Notes: a model not told the origin generated them from the sequence alone. DNA of 64,000 bases from an uncultured Candidatus Rokubacteria bacterium (GCA_963805625.1 CAWDVE010000017.1:608001-672000); one strand, 5' to 3'; shown: positions 18,834-28,351, numbered from the stretch's first letter. A program made the numbers and translations.

Positions 18834-20839
18834 GACGCCGCCCGGGTCCAGGTCCGCGCCCAGCCGCGGAGGGCCTTCACACCCCTGGGTGGGGGGGCCA
18901 CGGCCGGCGCCAGCAGCACGGGCAAAGCCAGCCCGGGTCGAGCAACCGCGCGCAGCCCGCGCACCTCCGCAGACTCCGTGCGCGTGGCTGCCGCCCTGGT
19001 GACGCCGGCCGGGGTGAGCGCGTTCACGATCAGGGCGGACACAGTGAGACCCAGCGCGTCGAGCCGACGCAGGAGACGGATCGTCTCGAGGCGGGGCAAG
19101 GCGGCCGCTCGGGTGACCACGACCACGCGCGCCTGACGAGGGTCGGCGAGGAGGACCTGGAGCTGCCGGAGGCCGCGCGAGAGCTCGACCAGGTCCGAGG
19201 CCAGGGCGCCAAGACCGAGGATCTGCCGGTACTTGAGAAGCGTGGTCAGGAGCGCGCGCACCCACTCGAGGGCCAGCCCGGGCAGTGCCAGGAGCCGGAG
19301 CGTGTGGCCTGTGGGCGCGGTGTCGACGACGACGAGGTCGTGGCGCGGCAGGGCGGCGCCTGGCGGGAACAGGGTCTCCGTCACGGTCAGCAGCGCGCAC
19401 AGCTCGTCCAGGCCGCCCGGAGCGAGGTCGAGCAGGTCGCGGGCGACGGCCCGGTCGAAGGCGACGTCGAACCGCGAGCCCCCCCGGATCGTGTCGAACA
19501 GCTCGTCCACCGCCGCCCGGTAGCGCTCGCGCCGCGCGGCGAACGCGCGGCTGGCGTCAAGCTCGCGAACGCCGAGGGCGGCCGGGCCGGCGGGCACGCG
19601 GCGCTCCTCGTCGCCGACTTGTGTCGAGAGGACGTCGCCGAGGGAGTGGGCGGGATCCGTGGACAGGAGCAGGATGCGGCGGGTCGGTGCCGCGTCGCCG
19701 AGCGTCAGCGCCATCGCGGCGGCGCACGTCGTCTTGCCGACCCCGCCCTTGCCGGTGATCAGAAGGAGTCGGATGCCGGCCGGCGCGACCAGCCGCGGCC
19801 AGGTGACGGTGATCTCGCGGGACCGGGCCGCCCCGTGGCCTCGAGCCGCGCGCCGCGCCGGCACTCTGGTCAGGAGCTCGCGACCGCGGGAGCGTCTCGC
19901 AAGACTCCTGACCAAAGATCGGAGCGCCACCGGCCCGCGGGGCTCCTCGATCTGCTCGGGGACGAGGCGCACCGGGTGATCGGGGAACGCCGCGTGAACC
20001 GCTGCGATGGCCTCGCGCTCGGCGACGACTCGCCGACGCTCGAACGCGCTGGGGCCCTCCCGAGTCGCAGTCACTCGGTTGACGAGGATCTCGTCAATCG
20101 GGATGCCGCTGGCCTCCAGGTCACGGACGGCGTCCCGCGCCTCCTCGACGGCCAGTGTCTCGGGCAGGACGATCCACCGGAACCGGCAGCGGTCGCGATC
20201 GCGGAGGAGACTGGCTAGCCGGCCGGCCTCGGCGTCGATCTCGGCCACGAGGCGATCCGCCGCGTCGTTCCGGTCTCGGCCCGAGAGCCGCGTGAGCAGG
20301 AAGTGGTGCTTGGCCAGCATCTCGCCGAGCACGGCCGCGATCCTTTGCAGCGCCTCCGGAACGGCCAGGAGCCTGAGCGTGTGCCCGGTGGGCGCGGTGT
20401 CGACGACAACGGTGTCGTACCGGCCGGCCGTCGCCACCCGCGTCAGTTCGAGGAGCCCGCCCAGCTCGTCCACCCCAGGGAAGCTCAGGCCAAGGAAACG
20501 GTCGACGTCCGCGTCGTCGAGATAGGTACCTCGCTCGGCGATGAGGTGCAGCGACTCCCGGCGGGCCCGGAGCCAGCGGGCGAGGGCCCGGTCGGCATCG
20601 AGCTCCAGGGCGTCGAGCGCCGCCCCGCCGACCGGGATGCGCGTCACGCGCGCCCCCACCCGCTGGCCGAGCGCGTCACCCAGCGAGTGCGCCGGGTCGG
20701 TGGATACCACGAGAGTTCGCTGGCGAGCGCCGGCCGCCGTGAGCGCGAGCGCTGCCGCCATGGTGGTCTTGCCCACGCCGCCCTTGCCACCGATGAACTC
20801 GTAGGATGGTGCCCGCCGCCGGGAGGCCGGCCGTCTCAC
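18830..20839 (-). CDS. Tandem two-domain ArsA/GET3-family ATPase
   Basis: Two GKGGVGKTT P-loops, two STDPAHSL, two DTAPTGHT; GTG overlaps gvpG stop. Confidence 0.92.
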   Translation of the reverse strand: MRRPASRRRAPSYEFIGGKGGVGKTTMAAALALTAAGARQRTLVVSTDPAHSLGDALGQRVGARVTRIPVGGAALDALELDADRALARWLRARRESLHLIAERGTYLDDADVDRFLGLSFPGVDELGGLLELTRVATAGRYDTVVVDTAPTGHTLRLLAVPEALQRIAAVLGEMLAKHHFLLTRLSGRDRNDAADRLVAEIDAEAGRLASLLRDRDRCRFRWIVLPETLAVEEARDAVRDLEASGIPIDEILVNRVTATREGPSAFERRRVVAEREAIAAVHAAFPDHPVRLVPEQIEEPRGPVALRSLVRSLARRSRGRELLTRVPARRAARGHGAARSREITVTWPRLVAPAGIRLLLITGKGGVGKTTCAAAMALTLGDAAPTRRILLLSTDPAHSLGDVLSTQVGDEERRVPAGPAALGVRELDASRAFAARRERYRAAVDELFDTIRGGSRFDVAFDRAVARDLLDLAPGGLDELCALLTVTETLFPPGAALPRHDLVVVDTAPTGHTLRLLALPGLALEWVRALLTTLLKYRQILGLGALASDLVELSRGLRQLQVLLADPRQARVVVVTRAAALPRLETIRLLRRLDALGLTVSALIVNALTPAGVTRAAATRTESAEVRGLRAVARPGLALPVLLAPAVAPPPRGVKALRGWARTWTRAAS

Positions 20840-21162
20840 CGGCGGGAGACGTCCCGGTCGCGATCCTCGTCGAAGGTGTCGTCGCCCACGACGCTCGCCT
20901 CCACCCCCGTGACCCGGAAGGTACCGGGCGGCTCCGCGCGGCCCTGCTGGCGCTCTCGGATTTCCCGGATCCGGGCAAGCAGCTCGCGCTCGATCTTGAC
21001 GAACTGGCGCTCGGAGATCTCGCCGAGCTCGAGGCGCATCTGCGCTGCCAGGAGCTCCTCGCGCCACGCGGTGTCGTCGGCCATCTCGGCCTCCACTGCG
21101 GCGGCGATCTTCCCCAGGACGAACTTGAGACTCCCGACGAGGAGCGTGTCGAGAATGATCAC
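20836..21162 (-). CDS. gvpG: Gas vesicle protein G
   Basis: Helical, LELGEISERQFVKIERELLARI; position after gvpF. Confidence 0.8.
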   Translation of the reverse strand: MIILDTLLVGSLKFVLGKIAAAVEAEMADDTAWREELLAAQMRLELGEISERQFVKIERELLARIREIRERQQGRAEPPGTFRVTGVEASVVGDDTFDEDRDRDVSRR

Positions 21163-22151
21163 TCGGACTCTCTCGCGCGCTCCAGCTTCAGACGGATGTT
21201 GACGAAGTTATACGGGGGCCAGGGTCCGGTGTAGCGGAAGTTGAGCTTGTCGTAGAGGGCTCCGACCTCCTTGACCTTCGCGTCGAAGGCCGTTTCCTTG
21301 TCGCGGGACACGAGGAAGGCCGCGTTCATGATCATCTTCTCGCCGATGGGCTTGTTGGCGCGGGCGGCCACCGAGACGTCCCGCAGCTGGTTGAAGATAT
21401 CGGCCACGTACTGCTCGCTTCGCGTCTGGAGGGCCGCCTCGATCTGCCGGCCGTACTGCATGCGTGCGAAGTAGGTCGACCCCGGGACAGCGGCGATCTC
21501 GTTCTTGAGCCGGCGGATGTCCTCGTCGTCGTTCTCGATCTCGCGGATCATGACGTCGCGATCCCACAGCACCTTGAGGCCGAACTCCACCTTCTCCTGC
21601 ATCTTGTCCAGTACGTCCCGGAAGGCCTCGTACGCGCCCCGCAGAAGCTCCACGATGTCGTCGCGTGTCTTGAAGACGGTCCCGAAGGACATCGGGATCA
21701 CCGTGAAGGTCTTCATCACCGTCTCGTTGACCCGCTCGTGGGCGAGGACGTTCTCTCGCGTCGCGTCCAGCACCTCTTCCGGGGTGTCGGAGATGACGGC
21801 GGCGATCTCGCGGAAGCTGACCGTCTGGACCTCGGTCGGCTCGCTGCCGAGGCCGATCGCCCCGAAGCGACGCGGCTCGGCACTCCGGATGATGCAGTAG
21901 ACGTACTTGGCTCGGGCCCCCCCGGGCCGCGCCGCCGGGAGGGAGTCGGCCGGGCCGGACGACTGCCGGGCAGGCGGCAGTGCGCCGCGAGTGCCGAGGC
22001 CCGGTGACGCGGCGATTGGCGGCGATCCACGTTTCCGGGGGAGGGGGAATTTGCCCGGCGCGACGCGCTTCACCGCTCCAGAGCGCCCCGAGGGTGTTGG
22101 GCCCGATGTCGCGGCGCGACGGGCCCTCGGCTTCGAGGGCTTCTTCTTCAC
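21159..22151 (-). CDS. gvpF: GvpF/GvpL family gas vesicle protein with basic N-terminal extension
   Basis: KYVYCII, VLAHERV, VIPMSFG, MNAAFLV, TGPWPPYNF; RBS GGAGG. Confidence 0.9.
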   Translation of the reverse strand: MKKKPSKPRARRAATSGPTPSGRSGAVKRVAPGKFPLPRKRGSPPIAASPGLGTRGALPPARQSSGPADSLPAARPGGARAKYVYCIIRSAEPRRFGAIGLGSEPTEVQTVSFREIAAVISDTPEEVLDATRENVLAHERVNETVMKTFTVIPMSFGTVFKTRDDIVELLRGAYEAFRDVLDKMQEKVEFGLKVLWDRDVMIREIENDDEDIRRLKNEIAAVPGSTYFARMQYGRQIEAALQTRSEQYVADIFNQLRDVSVAARANKPIGEKMIMNAAFLVSRDKETAFDAKVKEVGALYDKLNFRYTGPWPPYNFVNIRLKLERARESE

Positions 22152-22155
22152 CGAA

Positions 22156-22608
22156 TCACCTCCCGCTCTTCGGCCGAGCCTTCGGCGCATCGAGGATACG
22201 TCGAATGGCATCCATGAGTTGGTCGGGCAGGCAGGGCTTCGTGATGACGAGATCGCAGCCGGCCTCGCGGGCGGCCTGCGCGTGCTCGGGCAGGGCATGT
22301 CCGGTCAGGACGACGATCGGAATCTTCTTGGTTCGGGGGTCGCGTCTCAGGCGCCGCGTGGCCTCCCAGCCGTCCATCACCGGCAGCGACAGGTCCATGA
22401 CGATGACGTCGGGCAGGAGGGTCGTCGCTTTCTCCAGGGCTTCGGCCCCGTTCTCGGCCTCCGCGATCCGGTAGCCCGAGAACTTCAGGAACAGCACGTA
22501 GATGGTGCGGTTGTCCTGGACGTCGTCCACGATCAGGACGAGCGGTCCAGCGTCGCTGCCGACCGGCTCACCCGCGTGCCCGGCGATCTGCGCCCTCTTG
22601 CTCGTCAT
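22156..22608 (-). CDS. Single-domain response regulator (DivK/CheY-like)
   Basis: LIVDD, MDLSLPVMDGW, LTGHA, TKP. Confidence 0.9.
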   Translation of the reverse strand: MTSKRAQIAGHAGEPVGSDAGPLVLIVDDVQDNRTIYVLFLKFSGYRIAEAENGAEALEKATTLLPDVIVMDLSLPVMDGWEATRRLRRDPRTKKIPIVVLTGHALPEHAQAAREAGCDLVITKPCLPDQLMDAIRRILDAPKARPKSGR

Positions 22609-24749
22609 TGGCGTCGCGGCCCCTGCGGAATGATCAGGGTGAACGTCGAGCCTTGGCGAAGCTTGCTCTCGAGCGTGATCCGCCCTCCGATGACGGTCGC
22701 GAGCCGGCGGCAGATCGCGAGCCCAAGGCCGGTACCTCCGCCTTCCCGCGTTGGAACGGGTTCGGCCTGGGAGAAGGCCTCGAAGATCCGCGTCTGATTC
22801 GCCTCCGCGATGCCGATGCCGGTGTCGGTGACGGCGATCGCGATCTCCCGGCTCGAGCGTCGCCGCGTGCAGGACACCGTCACCGAGCCTCGAGGGGTGA
22901 ACTTGAGCGCGTTCGTGAGGAGATTCAACAGGATCTGCTTCACCTTCTGCCGGTCGCTCCGGATGACGGGCAGCCCGGCCGGGACGCTAGCGGTCACCGC
23001 GAGATTCGATATCGCGATGAGCGGCTCGACTTCGCTCATGATCTCACGGATCAGCTCGCTCAGTTTGATGGAAGAAAGGTGGACTGGCATCTTGCCCGCT
23101 TCGATGCGCGAAATGTCCAGGATCTCGTTGATGAGCGTCAGGAGGTGCCGGGCGTTCGCGTCGACGCGGGCCAGGGACTCCCGCTGCGTCGGATCGATCG
23201 GGCCGGAGACGCCTCGGAGCAGCAGGCTCGTGTAGCCGAGAATGGCATTGAGCGGTGTGCGGACGTCGTGGGACACGTTGGCGAGGAACTGCGACTTGGC
23301 GACCGATGCCTGCTCCAGCTCGATTGCCTGGCGACGCAGGCGCTCATTTTGGTGAACGAGCGCCGATGTCGCTTCCTGAACGCGCCGCTCGAGCTGAGCG
23401 GAGGCCGCCTTGAGCTGCTCGTAGAGCTGCTCGCGCTCGATGGCCTCCGTCCGGTCGTGGAGGATCGTGACAATGGCCGAGACTTCCGCGGGCTCCCCGT
23501 ACACGTTGCCGGATACCGCTTCAACGGGAATTGGCTGACCGGTCTTGGGATCGACGAGATTGACGCCACCCTGGTACTTGGATCCTCCGGTCTTGCCGAA
23601 GAGGAGGTTTGACACGAAGGAGGTGAAGTTGGCGTCGTTGGCCTGGACGCGCTGTCTCTCGGCCAGGCTCGCCTGCTCGGGGGCGACGAACAGGCGTTCG
23701 GCGGGCGTGTTCATCATGACGAGATTTCCCGAGGGGTCGGTGACCAGGATAGGGTCCGCGACGGAATCGATGACGAGGTCGAGGCGATCCCGCTCAGCCC
23801 GGACTTCCGCCTCCGCGGCGCGAAGCTTCTGGTAGTTGTCCTGGATCTCCTCCGTCGCGCGCCGAAGGTCGGACACATTCCGCAGGATGGACACGATGCC
23901 CATGCCCATGCGCGCATCACCGGCCGTCGTGCTGATGAGCTCGAAGAGGAGGTCGGATCCCTCGGTGGGGTCCACCAGCGCGAGCTCACGAGGCGCCGAC
24001 GTCAGCTGCTCCACGGCGCTCCGTCCGAGCGCCGAGGAGAAGAGCATGTTGTTGATGGCGACCGCCCGGCGGCGACCCTCGCTCTCGTCTTCCCGCGTCG
24101 CGAAGAGGCGCTCGGCCCGACCGTTCGCGATGACCAGTCGGCCCTCGGTATCCGTGAGCATGATCGGATCCGTCACCCGGTCGAGGATGCTCTGGAGGAG
24201 GTCGCGATCCCGGCGAAGGCGCCGCTCCGTCTCGAAGCTAGTGGATCGCAGCCGCGCGCGCACGAGCCGGTAGCCGAGGTACTCGGATACCCACTCGAGC
24301 TCGGTTTGGCTCGCCGTTACCGGCCGCACCAGGAGCAGCCCGCCCGGAGCCTTATCATGAGTCTCGACGCTGTGGAGCGGCAAGGCCAGGAAGGGCGCCT
24401 GCCGCGAGAACAGGGAGCCCGCCATCTCTCCGGCCAGTACGGCGGGTTGCGACGCGAGGAGCGCCTGGATCAGGGGGTGATCTTGCGCCTCGAGGTCGAC
24501 TCCGAAGCCGTTGACGGCACCCCGCATGGCGCCGTAGCCGGTCAGGTGGATGAGGCGTGTCCGCTCGGCGTCGAGGACGAGGCAGTGCCCTTCGCGCACG
24601 CCCGCGTGTTGGCCGAGCCACTCGAGACATCGCCCAGCCATCTCGGCGGGGTCCTCGCACGCGAGCAGGAATTCGAGAAGGGCGAGCCGTTCTTCGGAGC
24701 TCGGCTCGGCCCGTCGCGCCGCTCGCACCGACGCAGCGCCGCGGGTCAC
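22605..24749 (-). CDS. Cytoplasmic PAS-PAS sensor histidine kinase
   Basis: Two PAS repeats (DPIMLTD, DPILVTD), SHDVRTPLN H-box, NALKFT, DTGIGI, GTGLGL. Confidence 0.92.
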   Translation of the reverse strand: MTRGAASVRAARRAEPSSEERLALLEFLLACEDPAEMAGRCLEWLGQHAGVREGHCLVLDAERTRLIHLTGYGAMRGAVNGFGVDLEAQDHPLIQALLASQPAVLAGEMAGSLFSRQAPFLALPLHSVETHDKAPGGLLLVRPVTASQTELEWVSEYLGYRLVRARLRSTSFETERRLRRDRDLLQSILDRVTDPIMLTDTEGRLVIANGRAERLFATREDESEGRRRAVAINNMLFSSALGRSAVEQLTSAPRELALVDPTEGSDLLFELISTTAGDARMGMGIVSILRNVSDLRRATEEIQDNYQKLRAAEAEVRAERDRLDLVIDSVADPILVTDPSGNLVMMNTPAERLFVAPEQASLAERQRVQANDANFTSFVSNLLFGKTGGSKYQGGVNLVDPKTGQPIPVEAVSGNVYGEPAEVSAIVTILHDRTEAIEREQLYEQLKAASAQLERRVQEATSALVHQNERLRRQAIELEQASVAKSQFLANVSHDVRTPLNAILGYTSLLLRGVSGPIDPTQRESLARVDANARHLLTLINEILDISRIEAGKMPVHLSSIKLSELIREIMSEVEPLIAISNLAVTASVPAGLPVIRSDRQKVKQILLNLLTNALKFTPRGSVTVSCTRRRSSREIAIAVTDTGIGIAEANQTRIFEAFSQAEPVPTREGGGTGLGLAICRRLATVIGGRITLESKLRQGSTFTLIIPQGPRRQ

Positions 24750-24752
24750 GAC

Positions 24753-25103
24753 TTAGGCCGGCTGAGGTGTCCGCCGCCGCGCGCGGACACGCCGCGTGGG
24801 GCGGCGCCGTGTGGCGGCGGAGGGGGTGGCGGCGAGCTGCGCCCGGAGCGCGGCGTTCTCGGCGAGGACGGCCTCCTGGGACGCGACTGCGGCCGGCCGT
24901 GACACCGGCGCTACCTGCGCAATCGACTCCGAGTACTTGAGGTAGGTATCGATCGAGGCGACAACGACCCGCGCCTCGACGGTGATCAGGTCGATTCCGA
25001 CGAGGGACACGCGCACCCAGGCGTCGATAACGATGCCCTTGTCCAGAACCCGGTCGAGGACGTCGATGAGGCTGGTTCCGCCCGTAGTGCGCTCAATTGG
25101 CAT
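24753..25103 (-). CDS. gvpA: Gas vesicle structural protein A with C-terminal extension
   Basis: [47 protein letters not shown]. Confidence 0.95.
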   Translation of the reverse strand: MPIERTTGGTSLIDVLDRVLDKGIVIDAWVRVSLVGIDLITVEARVVVASIDTYLKYSESIAQVAPVSRPAAVASQEAVLAENAALRAQLAATPSAATRRRPTRRVRARRRTPQPA

Positions 25104-25107
25104 CGGT

Positions 25108-25488
25108 TCATCCTCCCGTGGGGGCCGTGGGGGCCGTGGGGGCCGTTCGCCTACGCGGAGCTCGGCGCTTGGCGGGCGCCCGCCGCGCGGTGAGCGCAGC
25201 GATCCGGCGTTCGAGGTGCCTCACCTGGCGACGCAGGGTCTCCGTCTCCACTGACGGGGTGCGGCCCCCCGGAGCCAGGTTCCTGTCGTATTTCCACCAG
25301 TCCAGCCCGATCTCCTGAGCCTTGTCGATCGAGCACACGATCAGCCGGATGCGAATGGTGAGGAGCTCGACCTCGGCCAGCGAGATCCGGATGTCCCCCG
25401 CGATCAGAAGGCCCTTGTCGAGGACCCTGTCGAGAAGGTCGACGAGGCCGGTGCCCCGCTGCCCTCCCATCGCCAGATCGTTCCGCAC
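25108..25488 (-). CDS. gvpJ: Gas vesicle protein J
   Basis: [51 protein letters not shown]. Confidence 0.9.
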   Translation of the reverse strand: MRNDLAMGGQRGTGLVDLLDRVLDKGLLIAGDIRISLAEVELLTIRIRLIVCSIDKAQEIGLDWWKYDRNLAPGGRTPSVETETLRRQVRHLERRIAALTARRAPAKRRAPRRRTAPTAPTAPTGG

Positions 25489-25899
25489 GTCCGGCTCCGC
25501 CCCCCTTCACAACTCCGACCAGATTCACGGCGAGGACGACGCAGTGCGACTCACGCCGCACCGGGCTCGGCTTCCGGCTTGGCAGCGCCTGCGATCGTAA
25601 GAGCCGACGCGGCCCGTGGGCGGGATACCGCCCCGTCAGCGACCCGATGCGGTGCAAGAATAGACGACCCACCACCCCACCGCAAGGTAGGCTGAAGCAA
25701 GCAAGGTCGCCCACGCAGGCGTCGGCACCGGTCGGTAAGGCCCGGGGAGCGAAGCGCAGCGTGAGGCAGGCGTGAGAAAGGCCATACGCAACTCGACGCC
25801 GGGCACCGGGATATCGGATTCGGGCGCGCTGAGAGACGTGCTCACCGGCGACGGCGACCTCCAAGCTAGATGGGGTGCTAGGTTCGGCCGGCTCCTAGG

Positions 25900-25915
25900 T
25901 GCAAGGCACATGCCT
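25900..25915 (-). promoter_or_regulatory. sigma-54 promoter facing the gvp operon
   Basis: Minus strand AGGCATGTGCCTTGCA. Confidence 0.65.
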
Positions 25916-26179
25916 CGGGAGTGAGGCGAAGCTAGCTCCTAGGCCCACGTCCTCGCCGGTCAACGCCGAGGAACGACGTCCTCTCTCAACCCGAGAGAAG
26001 ATGACAGCTCAATCGGGAGGTGACGCGATGTTGAGGGGCAATACTGCCCGAATTCCCCACTTGTGTGTGACTCGATTCCGCAGGAGCGGGATCGGCAGTG
26101 GCGAATGAGACCGACCAGCGGGAGCCGTCAGCTCGCTTCAAGGAGTCCGCTTGCGAGACGGGTTAGGCGATCCAGGGCC

Positions 26180-26209
26180 GACAATATGTCGCATGGGCGA
26201 CAGGCAGAC
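26180..26209. promoter_or_regulatory. Palindromic upstream activator site
   Basis: GACA-ATA-TGTCG-CATGGG-CGACA-GGC-AGAC. Confidence 0.6.
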
Positions 26210-26325
26210 GCAAGGGTGGTCGGCAAGGAAAAGCCCGGGGCGACCCTGAGGTGGGGAGGGTCCGCCTCTCATCGGGGACCCGCCGCGGTTGCGGTAGCCT
26301 CGCGGGTTCTACCGCGATTTGATGT

Positions 26326-26553
26326 CTAGCCGGAGCGGGCCTCCGGGGGTGGGTGCTTCTTGATGAAGCTGCCGGTGAACGCCACGGAGTTGGGAAAGAC
26401 CAGGATGCGGCCTGTCGGGTGCAGCGGCTCGCCAGACAGTTCTTGGAGTCGCGTGCGGACCACGCCGATCTCGATCACCTCCCCGTGCACGTAGCCGAAC
26501 GGCCCTTGAAGGCTCACGCGGTCGCCGACGCGGATGCTGTTGGGCGCCACCAT
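26326..26553 (-). pseudogene. MscS mechanosensitive channel C-terminal fragment
   Basis: IRVGDRV..GEVIEIGVVRTRLQE..TGRILVFPNS; TM N-terminus not seen. Confidence 0.6.
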
Positions 26554-26860
26554 CGCACCGCCGGGTCCTTGGCGAGCGTACGAAGGCGGACGAGCACCGG
26601 GCGCATGATCCCGCGCGTGGCCTGAACCTCGGCGTCCGTGCTCTGTATGATCTCGGTCGTCCGGCCCCTCAGATCCTTGAGGCTGCCGCGGCTTCGTTGC
26701 AGCGCCAGCAGATGATAGACGAGCGTCCACACGCCCGATGGCGAGCCCGCACGGGGAGATGTCACGACCGTCGACGCGGCACGCGTCGAGGGGACGACCG
26801 CTCGCCGAGCATCCGGCTCTGGCAGCATGTCGACGGGCGGGACTCGGCGTCCCGCGGCTC

Positions 26861-27361
26861 TCACGCGACGCGTCTCCGGGTGCGCTGGTGCTGGCGCGGC
26901 GCCCTGAGTCGCCGCAGCCTCGGGAAGATCTCGCGTTCGTAGAACCGGATGAAGCCTTCCTGGTTGGGTCCGATCTGGTGCACACAGACATGGTCGTAGC
27001 CCGCGCGGCTCGCCCGTCGGATCGCGGCGAGGTGACGGGAAGGGTCGGGTCCGCAGACCACGGCCTTCGCCACCTGGGGCTCCGTTATCGGCTTGAACGC
27101 CGCTTCGAAGTACTCGGGCTGGGCTATCTCGGTGAACAGCTGTCCCTCGAGGGCGGCCAGAGCCCAGACCTCGTGGGCGGTTCGTCGCGCGACTTGCTCG
27201 CTCCTGGCCCAGCAGACCGTGACTTCGACGAAGCTTGGCTTGCCGCGGCCCCCAGCCCGGCGGAACGTGCGGAGCAGCGCGGGATCGGGATCAGTGGTCA
27301 CGAAGCCGTCTCCGATCTGATCGCCCAGACGCGCCGACTTGCGACCGCTCGCCGCCACCAT
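26861..27361 (-). pseudogene. F420-dependent LLM oxidoreductase, C-terminal half only
   Basis: MVAASGRKSARL..GDGF..VCWA..VVCGPDP..GYDHVCVHQIGPNQEGF; 5' half replaced by the neighbouring gene end. Confidence 0.7.
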
Positions 27362-27505
27362 GATTGGCGGGGTCTTGGGCGGCAGCGTGTATGTCCCGAG
27401 CCCGGACCGGCTGCGGCGAGTCGTCCTTGCCGCCAGGCCCGCTACCGGGCCGCGCGGGCCCGGCGCTCAAGGGCGAAGTCGGCTCTCAGGCCGCTTCAGA
27501 CTACA

Positions 27506-28252
27506 TCAGCGTTCGGCTCGTGACCGATGCGCGCGGCCGCGCTCGTAGCCCGCGCGGAACGCCGGCTCCTCGGCGGCGAGACCATGCCGGTCACGCAGGA
27601 TCGAGCGCGTGGCATCCCAGAGCGGAGCCTCTCTTGGCAGACGGAACGCCGCGTCGAATCCCATGCGGTAGAGCGCTTCGTCCTTCCGAAAATCGCCACC
27701 CGCCCGCGTGTATTCGGCTTCCTCGGCATCGCGAAGACCGATCCACCATTCCTCGCGGGCGGCGTCTACGCTCTCGGCGCCCAGACGCGCCATGAACTCA
27801 CGGGCGCGGCGGGCTTGCGCTTCGTCCCCCACCATCGCCACCACGATGGTCCGTCCCATCCGCAACGCGTGACGGTAGACGTAGAGCTCGTCCACCGGCA
27901 GCCCCTTCGACAGCGTGTCGTCGAGCTGCGTTCCGACCGCGCCCCCCGCCGCGGCGCCGAGCAAGCCCAGTGCGATCGCGCCGACGGCCATAATCGGGCC
28001 CACGCCTGGCAGCGCGAGGGACGCGACGGCGAGACCTCCCGCCGTCCCGGCGGCGCCGCCCACGACGCTGCCGATCGTCCCCCCGATACCGGGAGCCTCG
28101 GCCTCGGTGGTGGGGACGGCCCGCAGCGCGCTCTCCGGCGCCTGCGGAGACAGGATGCTGACGCGACTGTTCGGGATGTCGATCTGCCGCAAGGCCTCGA
28201 CTAGCTTGAGCGCGTCGGGATACTGGCGGACGACGCCGACGACGGCCTGCAT
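27506..28252 (-). CDS. General-stress-protein-like glycine-zipper membrane protein
   Basis: GGAAGTAGG, LPGVGPIMAVG, GLPVDELYVYRHAL, DAAREEWWIGLR; RBS GAGGAGG. Confidence 0.7.
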   Translation of the reverse strand: MQAVVGVVRQYPDALKLVEALRQIDIPNSRVSILSPQAPESALRAVPTTEAEAPGIGGTIGSVVGGAAGTAGGLAVASLALPGVGPIMAVGAIALGLLGAAAGGAVGTQLDDTLSKGLPVDELYVYRHALRMGRTIVVAMVGDEAQARRAREFMARLGAESVDAAREEWWIGLRDAEEAEYTRAGGDFRKDEALYRMGFDAAFRLPREAPLWDATRSILRDRHGLAAEEPAFRAGYERGRAHRSRAER

Positions 28253-28290
28253 GGGAGTTCCTCCTCTTCAGTGGTTTCCCCCCGCGAATT

Positions 28291-28306
28291 AGCAAGGGCA
28301 GTGCCA
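28291..28306 (-). promoter_or_regulatory. sigma-54 promoter
   Basis: Minus strand TGGCACTGCCCTTGCT. Confidence 0.75.
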
Positions 28307-28312
28307 CGTGCC

Positions 28313-28328
28313 GGGCACAGCCGTTGCA
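28313..28328 (+). promoter_or_regulatory. sigma-54 promoter (divergent partner)
   Basis: GGGCACAGCCGTTGCA. Confidence 0.6.
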
Positions 28329-28351
28329 CCGCGAGTACTCGGGAGAGCGAC

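Noticed and set aside
18830-20839. Arsenic resistance operon
   Set aside because: No arsB/acr3, arsC, arsD or arsR nearby; the ATPase is coupled to gvp genes.
25118-25146. 9-bp tandem repeat (GGGGCCGTG x3)
   Set aside because: Encodes the TAP repeats at the GvpJ C-terminus; too short to imply phase variation.
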